From: Octopus sinensis
Taxonomy: Eukaryota
DNA: 64,000 nucleotides
Assembly: GCF_006345805.1 (NCBI RefSeq)
Contig: NC_043003.1
Span: 5,890,001-5,954,000 of the forward strand
Reading direction: 5' to 3'
In this document: positions 1 through 11,725 of the stretch, piece by piece
How the letters are laid out: the number at the start of each line of letters is the position of its first letter
Position numbering within the stretch: the first letter of the stretch is position 1
Notes under the pieces: generated by a model
What the model saw: the letters and a program-made list of their open reading frames with translations, nothing else
What the model was told of the DNA's origin: nothing
Database searches by the model: none
Program-made: the position numbers and the translations under genes

Positions 1-54
1 TAGAGAAACAAAACTTAGGCAATACACTTCTTTCTCAGTCTTTAAACCCCAACT

Positions 55-987
55 CAAACGAAGCTTACTGAAAGGGAAAGTGCAGACTAAAATTAAACAG
101 GAATGGTAGAATGATATTAAAAAAAAAAGGCAAGAAGCAGCTGATAGAAATGACACCAAGGGTTTGTACTCTTATGTTAAAGAGGTATATGATCCCAAAT
201 CGTCTTCAATAGCTCCAGTGAGAACAGGAAATGGACGTTTGCTTCTGACTGACACCGCTTCTATTTATAAGCGCTGGGTAGAACATTTCTCTGTACTTTT
301 GAATAGACCATCGTCCGCTGACATGAGGACGATAGAAAAAATCGAATGGCAGATGAACGCATGCCCAAACAACTGTTTTATGGTGAGCCCGCAGAGGGAA
401 ACGCTATCGATGTAAACCTAAAAAAAGATTTAATGACGGTATAAGGACCTCCATGAAGTCACTTGGAATGGATCCAGAGGACATGAAATCTCTTGCTTCA
501 GATCGGGCTGGATGGCGAACAAAAGTGTGGAGCGGAGTGGAAGTGCTTCAAGAGTCCACGATAACGCATGCAACACTCAAGAGAAATTTAAAGAATGATA
601 CGATCGAGAAGGTGGATCACAATGAACATTTTGTGTGCACAGATTGTGACAGACCATGCGTTTCTTTTACTGGGATGAAATCTCATTTGCGAACCCATGG
701 AAAACGAACATCCACTAACTATTCTGGCTTTATATCTGTGCATACCTTTGGATGCAGTGTATGTCAGAAGGGTTGCAAATCTAACGGAGGCGCTCAAAAA
801 ATAATTTAAGATCCACAAAGATCAGAACTTAATTGTAGCTCTTGGTGGTCCGAATCGGATACGCAATCTATGTGGATGCCTTTTCAAAACCTTTTCTGGT
901 TTTAAAAACCACATCAGATACCGTGATGGTCCTAAGGTGTAGGTACAGGTGGTGGTCAAACTCTGCATAAGCAGTAGAAAACCAGCA
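55..987 (+). mobile_element. RTE-clade LINE ORF2 remnant, RT domain internally deleted, C-terminal C2H2 fingers
   Basis: Linker peptide LYSYVKEVYDPK..KRWVEHFSVLLNRP joins at ~343 directly to RMADERMPKQLFYGE..KPKKRFND (RTE thumb/C-terminus), then DRAGWRTKV and CTDCDRPC..SHLRTH; frameshifted; followed by (TA)n. Confidence 0.85.
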
Positions 988-1176
988 TATATATATATGT
1001 GTATATATATATATATATGTTTGTATAAATGTATGGATATATGTATGTATGCATACACACACGTATATATATATATGTATATATGTTTATACACATAGAA
1101 CCGTTCCTATATATATATATATATATATATAACGATGGTATAGTTAAAGAACTAATGATCAATCTGTTAAAAGCAA

Positions 1177-1211
<35 letters not shown>

Positions 1212-1213
1212 AC

Positions 1214-1400
1214 AAGGTGGAGAGCTGAGAGCATCGTTAGCTCGTCGAAAGAAAACGAAATGCTCAACGGTATTTCTCTCTTAGGAAATTTTAGTTCATA
1301 TTTCGTCAATGTCGACATTGGTGTCGCTAAAACGAATACCTGTCATGCAATGGGGTGATGTAATCGACCAACCCCCCTACCCTGAAATTTCTGAGTTTGC
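1214..1400 (+). mobile_element. degenerate tRNA-derived SINE (family A)
   Basis: Eroded head (ggagagctgagagcatcgttagc..gaaatgctcaacggtatttc) and ggggtgatgtaatcgac..ccccctaccctgaaattt 3' part similar to other family-A copies. Confidence 0.5.
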
Positions 1401-1413
1401 GCTTATTGCAGTA

Positions 1414-1798
1414 CTAGCAGTATCGCCCGGCGTTGCTCAGGTTTGTAAGGGAAATAACTATAAAGCATTTTTAGAGAGTTATAGCCAAAAAATAGCAAAA
1501 AAATGGAAAAAAATTATGGTAAATTTTTTTTTGATAGTTAAAAAAGGTGGAGTTGCGTCCCCTACACAGTTTGTGGTTTGAGTTCCTGATTCTCGACCCC
1601 ATGTCGAATTTATCGATTTTTTTCAGAACTGGGGGAACTTTTCAAAATTTTTGCTGCGTTAGTTTTGAATTATGACATTGGGCTATGTGTGTGTCAAGTT
1701 TCATCAGAATCGGTTGAAAGCCGTGGTCAGAGTGAGGGTACGAGAAAACAGACACACAGAAACACGCACAGACAAACTGCCGTTTATATAGAGAGAGA
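1414..1798 (-). mobile_element. non-autonomous Helitron
   Basis: On minus strand A|TC 5' end (1797-1798), GC-rich hairpin then CTAG|T 3' end (1414-1417); terminal ~65 bp nearly identical to element at 36147-36529. Confidence 0.75.
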
Positions 1799-2455
1799 TT
1801 ATTATTATTAGTAGTAGTTTTACTGCAGTTACTAGAAATGTAATACATTGTTTAATGGCGTGTAGATTGGTGAGAAACAATTCGGATTTTCGAGGTGTAA
1901 AGAGAGCAGCGTTTAATGATATCAAAAGATGTCATTTGTGCAAGTTTCTCTGTGTGATTGCCAGCTTAATAGGGTTGTCTTTGATTTCGGAAGCCTGGCA
2001 GCTTGGGTCGGTGTTGGCACTGGTTTCACTCTACAGTGCGGTCTCGTGATTCCAGAGTCGATACCATTATTTAACACGTGATACCTTGGCAAGAATCTCG
2101 TGCTGTAGTATTTGGTCAAGTGAAACATTTAATTAAAACTGAATTGGCAGAAATGACCCGAAGCCCATCGAATGGATTCTAATGATCCCTGCATGATTGA
2201 TTCGCCATCTTCAATATTGGCTTTTACTGTCTTTAATGGGGCCCACCCTAATGAAGCAACCGGGTTCTTTAATCCTCAGTGCGACTGTCATAACTACGTA
2301 TCCGACAATGGATTGGTAGTGTCATTAGAGAGTCGGATAAAATGCCTGGTGGTATTTTGTCCAGCAGCTTAAGCTCTGACTCCCGCTGAACACAGTTTTT
2401 ACTTTACCCAGGGGTTTGTACGTTTGTCTTTACTACTTTTCTATCTCTCTCATTA

Positions 2456-2486
<31 letters not shown>

Positions 2487-3843
2487 AATACGACGAGCAG
2501 CGTGTCTGCAGACATCAACCAATTATCCAACGATTGTATCGGATTCTATTTAATAGAGATTACACAGAAACGGGTTGCAATATATTGCAAAATGCCCGTT
2601 CCTTTTAAAAATAAAGTGTTTTTTACGTCGTAAATTCTGCTTAACAGAGATTTTCATTATATTTCGAAATTCGGCTTAAATAAAAGATACAAAGCGATTT
2701 GATCCTCTCCACAGGTTCTAAATAATTTCTTTGTAACTACATATCATAACTCCATACAAATCTCGTCGTTTCTCTAAAAGAGCAGCACAGATCGTTCGCC
2801 AATAGTTTGAAATACACAACCATGCGGGAACAAAAACAAAACATATAAAAGAATGAATTACAATGAATTAAATTATAATGAATATGAAACGGTTTTCTCG
2901 GTCCTGCTCCGAGGCGAAACCGCGATTACTTTTTACAATTAAACGTTCTTACAGTCTTTTTCCCCACTTTTTTAGCTTGTTCTTTTTCTTAGTCTTTTAT
3001 TGTATCGTTTTTTTTCCTTTTTTCTTTAAACTTTTTAACAGTCTATTTTCTTCTTTTTTTATATGAATTACAAATTTTACTTACCTGTTTTTACATATTC
3101 ATAAAGGGTTTCAAATCTTCTAATTCCACGACCGACGGGAGCTCGTCAAACTCGACTTCAACCCCCAGCGGATCTATGAAAAGTCCATACATCTCTCTCA
3201 ATTTCAAATATCTCTCTTTGTCTATGTCTATTCCTTTAGTGTATTCCGGGTATTTTCCTGGCGGCAGCTTTACTCTTATTGCCGATTTATATTTTACAAT
3301 AGTTTTCTCTATTTCTTTACTTTTGGAACACGTGACCAAATGCCACTTGTATCCCTTCCTTTTCACCTCTGCTTGCTTCGGCTCCGTCCTGATCTGTTCG
3401 GGCGTGTAGAAACATCGCAACCAATTTTATGAACGTTTGCTTTTTCTCCCTGTTGTAATGCTGTTTCTTCCCGTGTGCCTTCTTTCACTACTGCTTCTGT
3501 TAGTGCTTCACACCTATTTCTCTTTTCTTCCATCACAATCTACTTTAGCCATTTTTTTACTGTTTCGGGGAGAATTCACTCGTTCCTTTCTCTTCCTAGT
3601 GTTTACTACTGTGAAGTGTTCCTCCACTCTATCTGTCTCTTTCGTTGGTACTACCTCTTCGGAATTGCTTTCTCCACTTTTCTTCACCTCTTCGTTTTCC
3701 TTCTCAGGACATCTTCCTTTCACGTGCCCCTTTTTGCCGCATAGGAACCATGTGACTAACCCTTAAGGGTTAACCACATTTAGGTGGCAAATTTCTTCAC
3801 GATGTCTTGCGGCTACAGTATATACCTCACTCAGAGATTTATA

Positions 3844-3914
<71 letters not shown>

Positions 3915-4044
3915 GCAAAATAGCTAGTTGTGAAATATCAATATCGTTTTCCTTCTCGGGACATCTTGCTTTCATGTACCCCTTTTTGCCTCATAGGAAG
4001 CATGTTGGCGGTGTTCCTTCTACTGTATTCCAAATCTGCCGTCT

Positions 4045-4660
4045 TTCAATCAATGACGTCTATTGAGGTGGATACAATTTCTGCCGTATTTTGTCAACAA
4101 CATTTATTTGCAGTGTCATATGAAAATGTCCCTATTAGTTATGACATTTCATATCAGTTACGTTCGTATGAATAAAAGATTATCGTTATTAAACTTTTAT
4201 TAATGCGACACATACTCTAAGTTCATAACATACGAAGTTTTACTTTCCCTCTCTGTTGCACAGATACACACATTATATATGCATTATATATATATTATAT
4301 ATTCGTTTAAGAAACAGATTGGGTTTATTTACATTCCTGAAGAAAAAAGATACCCTTCCCCCACCCCTAAGCCTAACCCCTAACCCTAACCCTCACTCTA
4401 ACCCTAACCCTAGCTCTAACCCTAACTCTAAAACAGATTGAAATGCAATAGATCGATACTAGGGTCATAATTATAGGTGGACACTAAATAGGGAACGGTT
4501 TTGTTATCCATCTCTGTTTATGAGTGACCCTCAGTTTATGGCCACAGGGTATCATTTTTTCTCATAAATATCAGTGACAAATTCATATGACACCGCCAGA
4601 AAATGTTGTTGACAAAATACGGCAGATATTTTATTCACCTCAATAGACGTCATTGATTGG
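4045..4660. repeat. ~80-bp inverted repeat pair (4045-4125 / 4575-4660) of an interspersed repeat
   Basis: caatcaatgacgtctattgaggtggatacaatttctgccgtattttgtcaacaacattt is the reverse complement of aaatgttgttgacaaaatacggcagatattttattcacctcaatagacgtcattgattg, with few mismatches. Confidence 0.7.
4365..4430 (+). repeat. degenerate interstitial (CCCTAA)n telomere-like tract
   Basis: ccctaagcctaacccctaaccctaaccctcactctaaccctaaccctagctctaaccctaactctaa. Confidence 0.7.
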
Positions 4661-5116
4661 TTGAAAATGCCGAAATGCAAGAAAATAAACAACAAATAGC
4701 TTACAAACTACAGAATTTTCTCAAGAAAGCCAAGAGGAAAAGATGTTTTAGGTAACACATTCTACCAGTAGACGAAGTTTAAAAGTGTTTAGTTACAAAG
4801 AAATTATTTTTAAAATCTGCCGGTTAAAGTGAAAAGATCCGTGCTACTTCTATCTTGTTCGAGGACGTAGATAACGTTCTGTATACTAACTACCGTCTTC
4901 TTTTCTATGTTTTTCATCAGTTCTTCAGGGGGAGTCAGCTTTAGACTATTTCCCTCCTTTTTTTTTCACAAATTTTCTTCCTTCCTTCCTCTTTCTTGTG
5001 TCCATTTCTATTTCTTGAAATTCCAGGCTGTTGGCATTTATTCCTTGTGTCGTTGCCGCTGCGTAACTTTGTCTATTCCCCATCTTTCTTCACTCCTGCC
5101 GTAGACGGGGATTATA

Positions 5117-6072
5117 CAGGTACAAACGAACCAGTGACTGAAATCCAACAATTTACACAATCCAACGAATCTTGGTTTACCTGCGCAGGGAAACCTACAA
5201 CAAACATACAATATCAGTGTGTAACGATTCGAACTCACATCGAAGAAATCACTATCAACACTCATTAGTGACAATCGCCAGTTATCTCTCTCTTTATTAG
5301 AGGCACAGAGGGGGCATGCACAAACATGCGGTAACAAAAAAAACACATGAAAAAATGAATTACAATGAATTAAATTACAATGAATATGAGACGATTTTCT
5401 CGGTCCTGCTCCGAGACGAAACCGTGATTACTTTTTTAAAATTAAACGTTCTTAAAGTCTTTTTTCTGTCCCCCCCCCACTTTTTTTAGCTCGTTCTTTT
5501 TCTTAGTCTTTTGTTTGTTTGTTTTTTGTATCGATTTTTTTTTCCTTTTCTTTATACATTTTAACAGGTGCAAACGAACCAGTGACTGAAATTCAATTAT
5601 TTACACGATCCAACGAATCTTAGTTCACCCGCGCGGGGGAACCTACAACAAAGTGCGTAACAATTTGAACTCACATCAAAGAAATCACTACCAACACCCA
5701 ATAGTGACAACCAACGGTTTTCTCTTTATTATAGGCACAAGGCCTGAATACAGAGGGGACATACACAAACATGAGGGAACAAAAAAAAACATATAAAAGA
5801 ATGAATTACAATGAATTAAATTATAATGAATATGAGACGGTCATCTCGGTCCCGCTCTGAGACGAAACCATGATTACTTTTTACAATTAAACGTTCTTAC
5901 AGACTTTTTTCTTTTTTTCAGCTTGTTCTTTTTCTTAGCCTGTTTTTTTGTTTGTTTGTTTTTGTATCGTTTTGTTTTTTTCTCTTTTCTTTATACATTT
6001 TAACAGGTGAAAACGAAACAGTGACTGAAATCCCAAAATTTACACAATCCAACGAATCTTGGTTCACCCGCG
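5117..6072 (-). repeat. head-to-tail ~445-bp units (5'UTR fused to 3'UTR of element A)
   Basis: caggt.caaacgaaccagtgactgaaat recurs at 5117, 5565, 6004 (periods 448, 439); the UTR block matches 2820-3040; AATAAA on minus at 5293-5298 and 5725-5730. Confidence 0.85.
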
Positions 6073-6077
6073 CGTGA

Positions 6078-6505
6078 TTTACCTTAACTTTGCAAAGGCA
6101 TTTGATAAGGTAGCCCAAGAAATGATATGTCATAAGACAGTGACCATTGATGGTAAACTGGAAGAGTGGCTGCATGATTCCCTTAAAGAGAGAAATCAGG
6201 CAGTTGCAGCCTATGGTAGCCTTGACTAAACTCAAATTCTAAGTGGCGTCCCTCAGGAAACTGTTCTGGGGTCATTACTGTTCATAATGATTCGCGTAGA
6301 CATGCCCACGGTCACTCGGACAGCCACTGTTACTAGCTATTCCAATAATACAAAATTATCACTGGCAATAAAATATCAAGAGGATGTCGCAATCTTACAA
6401 CGGAACCTGAATTCGATATACAGATGGACCGGAATAAACAATATGCAGTAGGACCCAAAGGCACTATAGTACCTGAGTCACAAGCAGTGAAAGACTTGGG
6501 GTATC
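6078..6505 (+). mobile_element. CR1-type LINE RT fragment, degenerate
   Basis: NFAKAFDKV..SGVPQETVLGSLLF..SYSNNTKL..LNSIYRW..NNMQ..VKDLGV. Confidence 0.85.
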
Positions 6506-6509
6506 TCTC

Positions 6510-7073
6510 TTTCTCTCTCTATTTCCCTCTTTCTATTGTAAGCACAATCAAACACACAAACACAAACATCTCACCTCACCACTGTCTGTTTTCTGACATC
6601 TAACCATCCACATACACAATCACGCATACACATACATACACACACACATTAATGCAGTTATATACAGTCACACACACAGGCACTCATTCACAAAAGAAAT
6701 TAACAAAATCCACCATTCATACAACCTGCACCCTTTCACCTTCCTATTCTTTTGCCTCCCTCCTCCAACTTCGTTTGAACCCTTGAACCTTTAGAACCTT
6801 CTATATTCTTCTACTTTCAACCACTTTGACGTCACTTCTTATAAAGGAATATTTTAAAGAGACACTCATTACCGCTATGGGCTCCGTGTGAGCAATCATC
6901 TGAAAGTTTTTGTGCATTTTGATGTTGACATAAGTTCCTTGCTTTTCCTGATGAGAAAGCGGCATAATGTACTCCTTATTCCTTCGCAATTAGGAATATG
7001 CAGCCTTCGAAACATATGTCGAAAATAAAGGAATTTTGTTAATTCGTCGTTCAGCTCCATTCTTTCATATAGT

Positions 7074-7075
<2 letters not shown>
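6510..7075 (+). mobile_element. Penelope-like pseudo-LTR / 3' region
   Basis: Pyrimidine/CA-rich tract ending in a hammerhead motif followed by AATAAA, the usual PLE pLTR layout. Confidence 0.55.
6943..7025 (+). ncRNA. type I hammerhead ribozyme motif, intact core
   Basis: Stem I ttttc/gaaaa; CTGATGA 6948-6954; stem II gaaagcggcata/tatgcagccttc (10 of 12 paired); GAAAC-ATAT-GTC 7009-7020 (short helix III with palindromic loop). Confidence 0.75.
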
Positions 7076-7108
<33 letters not shown>

Positions 7109-7519
7109 GTATGTATATATTCAATGTGTACAAATACCAAGGAAAAATAAATAAATAGTTACTAGAATAGCAAAAATTCACGTAAGTGTCAAGGATATTA
7201 CAGCCTACTTATAAAGGTGGCAATTCCAGGGTTAATTGAAATGTTCTTAGTAAAACTTGGATAAATTAAGAAATCGAGTCAAAAGCAGATCTTATTCAAA
7301 TTACTTTCACTCCCGTCATATGTTTCGATAAATGTTTTGAGATTATTTCGGCGGGAATAAAGGTGATGTAAAACAATGCAATCATCTCGTCAGGGTAAGA
7401 AAGGAAGAAAACACATCAATAAGCCATTTCAACCGACTGTGATTACCGCAGCAATTTCATATTTTCGGAAGAATATTTTTTTTAATCTAGCGAAAATTAT
7501 TTCCACAATAGTGTCTGAT

Positions 7520-8590
7520 GCAAATACGCAGGACCTTCGAATTCAGGACCTCAGAACAACACTAGACGAGAAAAACTATCCACAATTAAAACTGCCAAGA
7601 AAACAGACATCGAAATACTAAGGGAGACAAAACGAAATTCCGCACCACATATAAAAAATACTATCCTGTATATAGACACACAACCCTAGAAACAATGAGG
7701 TATACAACACCATTATTCAAAACCTCCCAAAGCTCACAAGTGATCTAAAGAGGAACTATATGCAAAAATCCAAATCACTAAAAAGACTAATGACACATGC
7801 GAAACTATACTCAGCAACAATGAAACTAATAGTTAAAAAATGCGGACGTCCAAATTGTGGAACATGCTCCAACCTACTGGAAGGTTCCGAATTCCATCTT
7901 AAAGAAGGACAGAAATTCACAACTAGGACCAATTTCACTTGTGCAACCGAGTGTAATTTATATGATAAATTGTTCTTGATGTAGAGACAACTATATAAGC
8001 CAAACAATGATGTCACTTAGACGGAGAACTACTCTACATAAGAAACAGATAAGTTTCCCGTGTTATAGACAGATACCTCTGAGTGAATACATAGTGAGAT
8101 GTGCAAGGAATCTGCTACCAAACTTCCCGGTTTTCCTCATCTACCAGTGCCAGAAACAATTTCTATATAAGAAGAATTAAATAAAGAAAATATATTTATT
8201 GACAAATGCAAACCACTTTTGAATATGAACGTATAGCCAATTTTCGGTTATGTAAATATTTTAATTCATGAACGCATAACCGACGCTCTGTATATTTTAT
8301 CTCACTACTTTAACTCATGAGTTTATATAAATTAATCCCAAGTGCAATTACCTCCCCTCTCTCGAATAGTAACAATTACTGTTAACCTCTCCTTAGATTA
8401 TTTCTACATAGTTATTCATTTATAAATAAACTCTCATACCGACAACATGTACTAAAAATACGAAATTGCAATATTTTCACCGATTTCAAAGTCATGATTA
8501 GGTAAACGTGAAAACGGTCGACTATGATAGTATTCTATCCTTTTAAATATATTAAAAATATATAAATCGTGTGGATTTTCCTTCTTTTAT
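7520..8590 (+). mobile_element. Penelope-like element: RT thumb, GIY-YIG endonuclease remnant and pLTR
   Basis: RIQDLRTTL..THNPRNNEVY..KSLKRLMTHAKL..KKCGRPNCGTC..NFTC..NYISQT..LRRRTTLH..KENIFIDKCKPLLN*; multiple stops and frameshifts; decayed hammerhead at 8490-8523. Confidence 0.85.
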
Positions 8591-8599
8591 TACACATAC

Positions 8600-8600
8600 A

Positions 8601-8663
<63 letters not shown>

Positions 8664-8713
8664 GTGCATATATATAAATATTATATATATATATACGCAT
8701 ATGTATATATATA

Positions 8714-8760
<47 letters not shown>

Positions 8761-8860
8761 GTGCATATATATAAATATTATATATATATATATATGTGTG
8801 TGTATATATATATATAGATATATAATATATAATTTATATATATTTGTATGTATGTATATA
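8600..8860. repeat. (CA)n/(TA)n compound microsatellite with internal duplication
   Basis: tttatatatatatgtgcatatatataaatattatata occurs twice (~8650 and ~8748). Confidence 0.9.
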
Positions 8861-9833
8861 AATGTATTTCGTTCCTCTATTCACTTATCTTTGTTTGAAG
8901 GAGAGCATGACCTAAAATGTTGTATTAATAATCTATCTCTAAGATGGTGTTTGCTTTTATGTCGTTTAAGTAAAGAAAATACTAGAAATAAATCGTGTTA
9001 AAGGACAAAAGGCAACGACCGAAGTAAAACAGTGAAAATATTCAACTTTGCCACCATCTTTATTAAAGACAGCGACTATGATGACACTATATTCAATAGG
9101 AATAATTAACTATACTTTTGGCATGATTCACTTTAGATTATTCTTACCACGGGGATTCTTATGGAAATTTAATGATTTGGCAGTTTGTCCTTTGTTGACA
9201 GAGTTTTTGGCATCTGTTCAAGATTAGCAGTAAATTCGTTAAAAACAAAAACATGACTGACAAATGATAGAACAATAATTCTTTATGAAATTTTCTCATT
9301 TCTCATTGTTGTTGTTTGTTATTTTGTTGCTTTGCCCAAGGTCAGCCTTCACTGAACAGCAGATCTTTATGATCCAGTTGAAACTGTTGCATATTTATTC
9401 AATCAAAGAGACAAACTCTGTTGCCTCTAGAGCCTACCAAGCCGGCCCTCGTGGCAGCTGAGGTCGTTGCAAAGCAGTTGTTAATCAAGAGGTGTGAGTG
9501 ATTAAAGGTTTCCAAGTGTAATGCTCACTGGACAAAATCTGGGGTTTCAAAAGCAAAGGGTAGATCACCTACGGCGTTGGGGGTGTAAGATCCTTGAAAG
9601 ACAAAGGAACGACACACATCAGTGGGTCCAGGAAACAATAATGATGATGTGTCAAGGAGCATCACAGGATGATATATGGAGAACACTGTCAAGGATTGCC
9701 CCATCTAATGAATGACATTCGACGTAAAGGTCTCTAGATCAATGTTTACACGAAAATTATAGCTGGTGAGGGAAATTAGGACACGTTATAATATGCACAT
9801 ACACACCTATGCATATGTGTGTTTGTATGTGTG

Positions 9834-9869
<36 letters not shown>

Positions 9870-9904
9870 TACAAATATACATACACATATATGTATGTCC
9901 TTAT

Positions 9905-11725
9905 ATATATCAACCAATTAAAATATTCCCACAAACAACATCCACGTCCAACAACAATGAAAAGGCTAGAGCTGGAAAAACTTCATCTGCAGAACGACAT
10001 GAAAACCTCCATTGAAAATCAAAGAGCTGCGGAGGAACAGTGGGTAATCAAAAACATCAAACAGAACCCAAAAGTGTTCTATTCCTATGCAAATAAGCAT
10101 AGAACCACTGTCTCACCCATTGGGCCATTGATTGATGCTAACGGCATTCCCCAACACGATGCTAAAGAAATGGCAGAAATACTGCAGAAACAATACGGTT
10201 TTCAAACAGGGAAACAGATCCCTCGCACTCAACTATCGCACAATCTCACTCACCTCCCACATCATCAAAGTGTTTGAAAGAGTGTTAAGATCAAGGATGG
10301 CTGACTTCCTGGAGACCCAGAAACTCCTAAATGCAAATCAGCATGGCTTTCGCTGTGGCAGGGACTGTCTAACACAGCTCTTACACCACATTGAAGATGT
10401 ACTCAAAGCCTTGGGAACAGGTTCGAACTCTGATGTCATATATCTTGACTTCAGTAAAGCGTTCGACAGGGTAGACCATAATATCCTACTCTCAAAATTG
10501 GCAAATGTTGGAATCCGTGGAAAAGTTCTACACTGGATCAAGTATTTCCTGGCGAATAGAACACAACATGTTGTAGTTGATGGAGTCCATTCAAGCCCAG
10601 CAGAAGTCACCAGCGGTGTTCCCTAGGGGACTGTCTTGGATCCGCTACTCTTCATAATCTACATAAACGACCTTTCCAGTGTCGTACATTACTGCAAAGT
10701 GAAAATATTTGCTGATGACACCAAGCTCCAGCAAATCGTCAATGAAGAAGCAGACCGAACTCAACTCCAGTCTAATCTATATGCTGTGAGTCAATGGGCA
10801 GACAGAAACAAAATGCAACTGAACGAGGGAAAATTTGAGCTGATGCATTTTGGAAGAAACTCCTCACTAAAACAGCCATACTCTCTTCCTTCAGGGGAAC
10901 CACTCACAGCCTCTAACAATATCAGAGACCTGGGAGTAATTGTTGATGACGATCTCAGTTGGAGTTCACACATCAACAAGAAGGTCGATATAGCTCGTAG
11001 GATGAGTTCCTGGATCTTAAGAACTTTCCGGTCCAGAGAACAAGGTGTCATCATACCACTTTTTTCCTCCTTTGTACGGCCACACCTTGAATACTGCTGC
11101 CCACTGTGGTCTCCTCACACAAGACAAAACATCTCCAGAATTGAGTCACCCCTGAGGGCTCTCACTAAACAAATTGAAGGCATGGCTGCTCTCGATTATT
11201 GGGATCGCCTTAAAGCCTTGAAACTTTACTCCCTCCAGCGTCGCCGTGAGCGGTACATCGTTTGTACGATGTGGAAAATATACCGCCAACTTTGCCTAAA
11301 CGACCTAAACATTAGCTTCAAGGTTCATCCAAGACTTGGACCACGGGCTATACGTCCCCTGCCCAATTCAAGATCACAACATACATGTACACTGCAACAT
11401 AATTTCTTTTCCTCAACAGGCCCTGCCCTATTTAACATTGTCCCGAGAGAGATCAAAGAGGAAAAGGATCCCATCAACTTTAAACAGAGTCTGGATAGAT
11501 TCCTTCAAAGAATACCAGATAAGCCACCCATAATTGGATACAACTCACCCAACAAGAACTCACTACTTGAACAAAACTGGATACAACTCACCCAACAAGA
11601 ACTCACTACCTGAACAAAACTTGACTTAAACAGGATTCGAATAATCCTATCAGGTGGTGCTATTAAGTTAGACATAGCCTGAACCAATCTTTGGTCGAAA
11701 CATATCTAAGTTTATCTAAGTTTAT
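9905..11725 (+). mobile_element. CR1-type LINE, 5'-truncated ORF2 (RT) pseudogene with 3' end
   Basis: KQNPKVFYSY, NYRTISLTSHIIKVFER, NQHGFR, YLDFSKAFDRVDH, SGVP*GTVL, FADDTKL, RPHLEYC..WSP, LYSLQRRRERY; internal deletion at ~10197; premature TAG 10624-10626; (TATCTAAGTT)2-like tail. Confidence 0.95.
11535..11620 (+). repeat. 43-bp tandem duplication at the CR1 ORF2 C-terminus
   Basis: tggatacaactcacccaacaagaactcactac(t/c)tgaacaaaac at 11535 and 11578, one mismatch. Confidence 0.95.

Larger units (their letters stand above)
2820..5290 (-). mobile_element. ORF1(gag/zinc-knuckle)-only L1/Tx1-like element A, interrupted and frameshifted
   Basis: 5'UTR ~5290-5084; ATG 5083 MGNRQSYAAATT; interrupted ~4845-4045; TVEGTPPTCFL*GKKGYMKARCP (4040-3955) and WFLCGKKGHVKGRCP (3755-3705); charged linker; C-terminal RCFYTPEQI..KPFMNM* stop 3091; 3'UTR with hairpin 2891-2921 and TTCAT repeats; no RT. 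Confidence 0.65.

Noticed and set aside
1855-2400. Mid-GC unique-looking segment with 60-70-aa ORFs; likewise 9400-9790 and 20640-20915
   Set aside because: No recognisable protein motif or splice frame; cannot be assigned without a database search.
3079-3087. Perfect CAG|GTAAGT donor just after element A's stop codon (minus strand)
   Set aside because: No matching acceptor, and the mini junction is explained by CTGT microhomology rather than GT-AG splicing.
5117-5268. Plus-strand exon-like unit (polypyrimidine-AACAG|GTGCAAACGAACC..) repeated three times
   Set aside because: It is the antisense of element A's 5'UTR/3'UTR junction; copy 2 has in-frame stops.
11675-11705. Hammerhead-like cctgaacc..gtcgaaac in the CR1 3'UTR
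   Set aside because: Lacks the CUGANGA core and stem I; it is the ordinary LINE 3' stem-loop.
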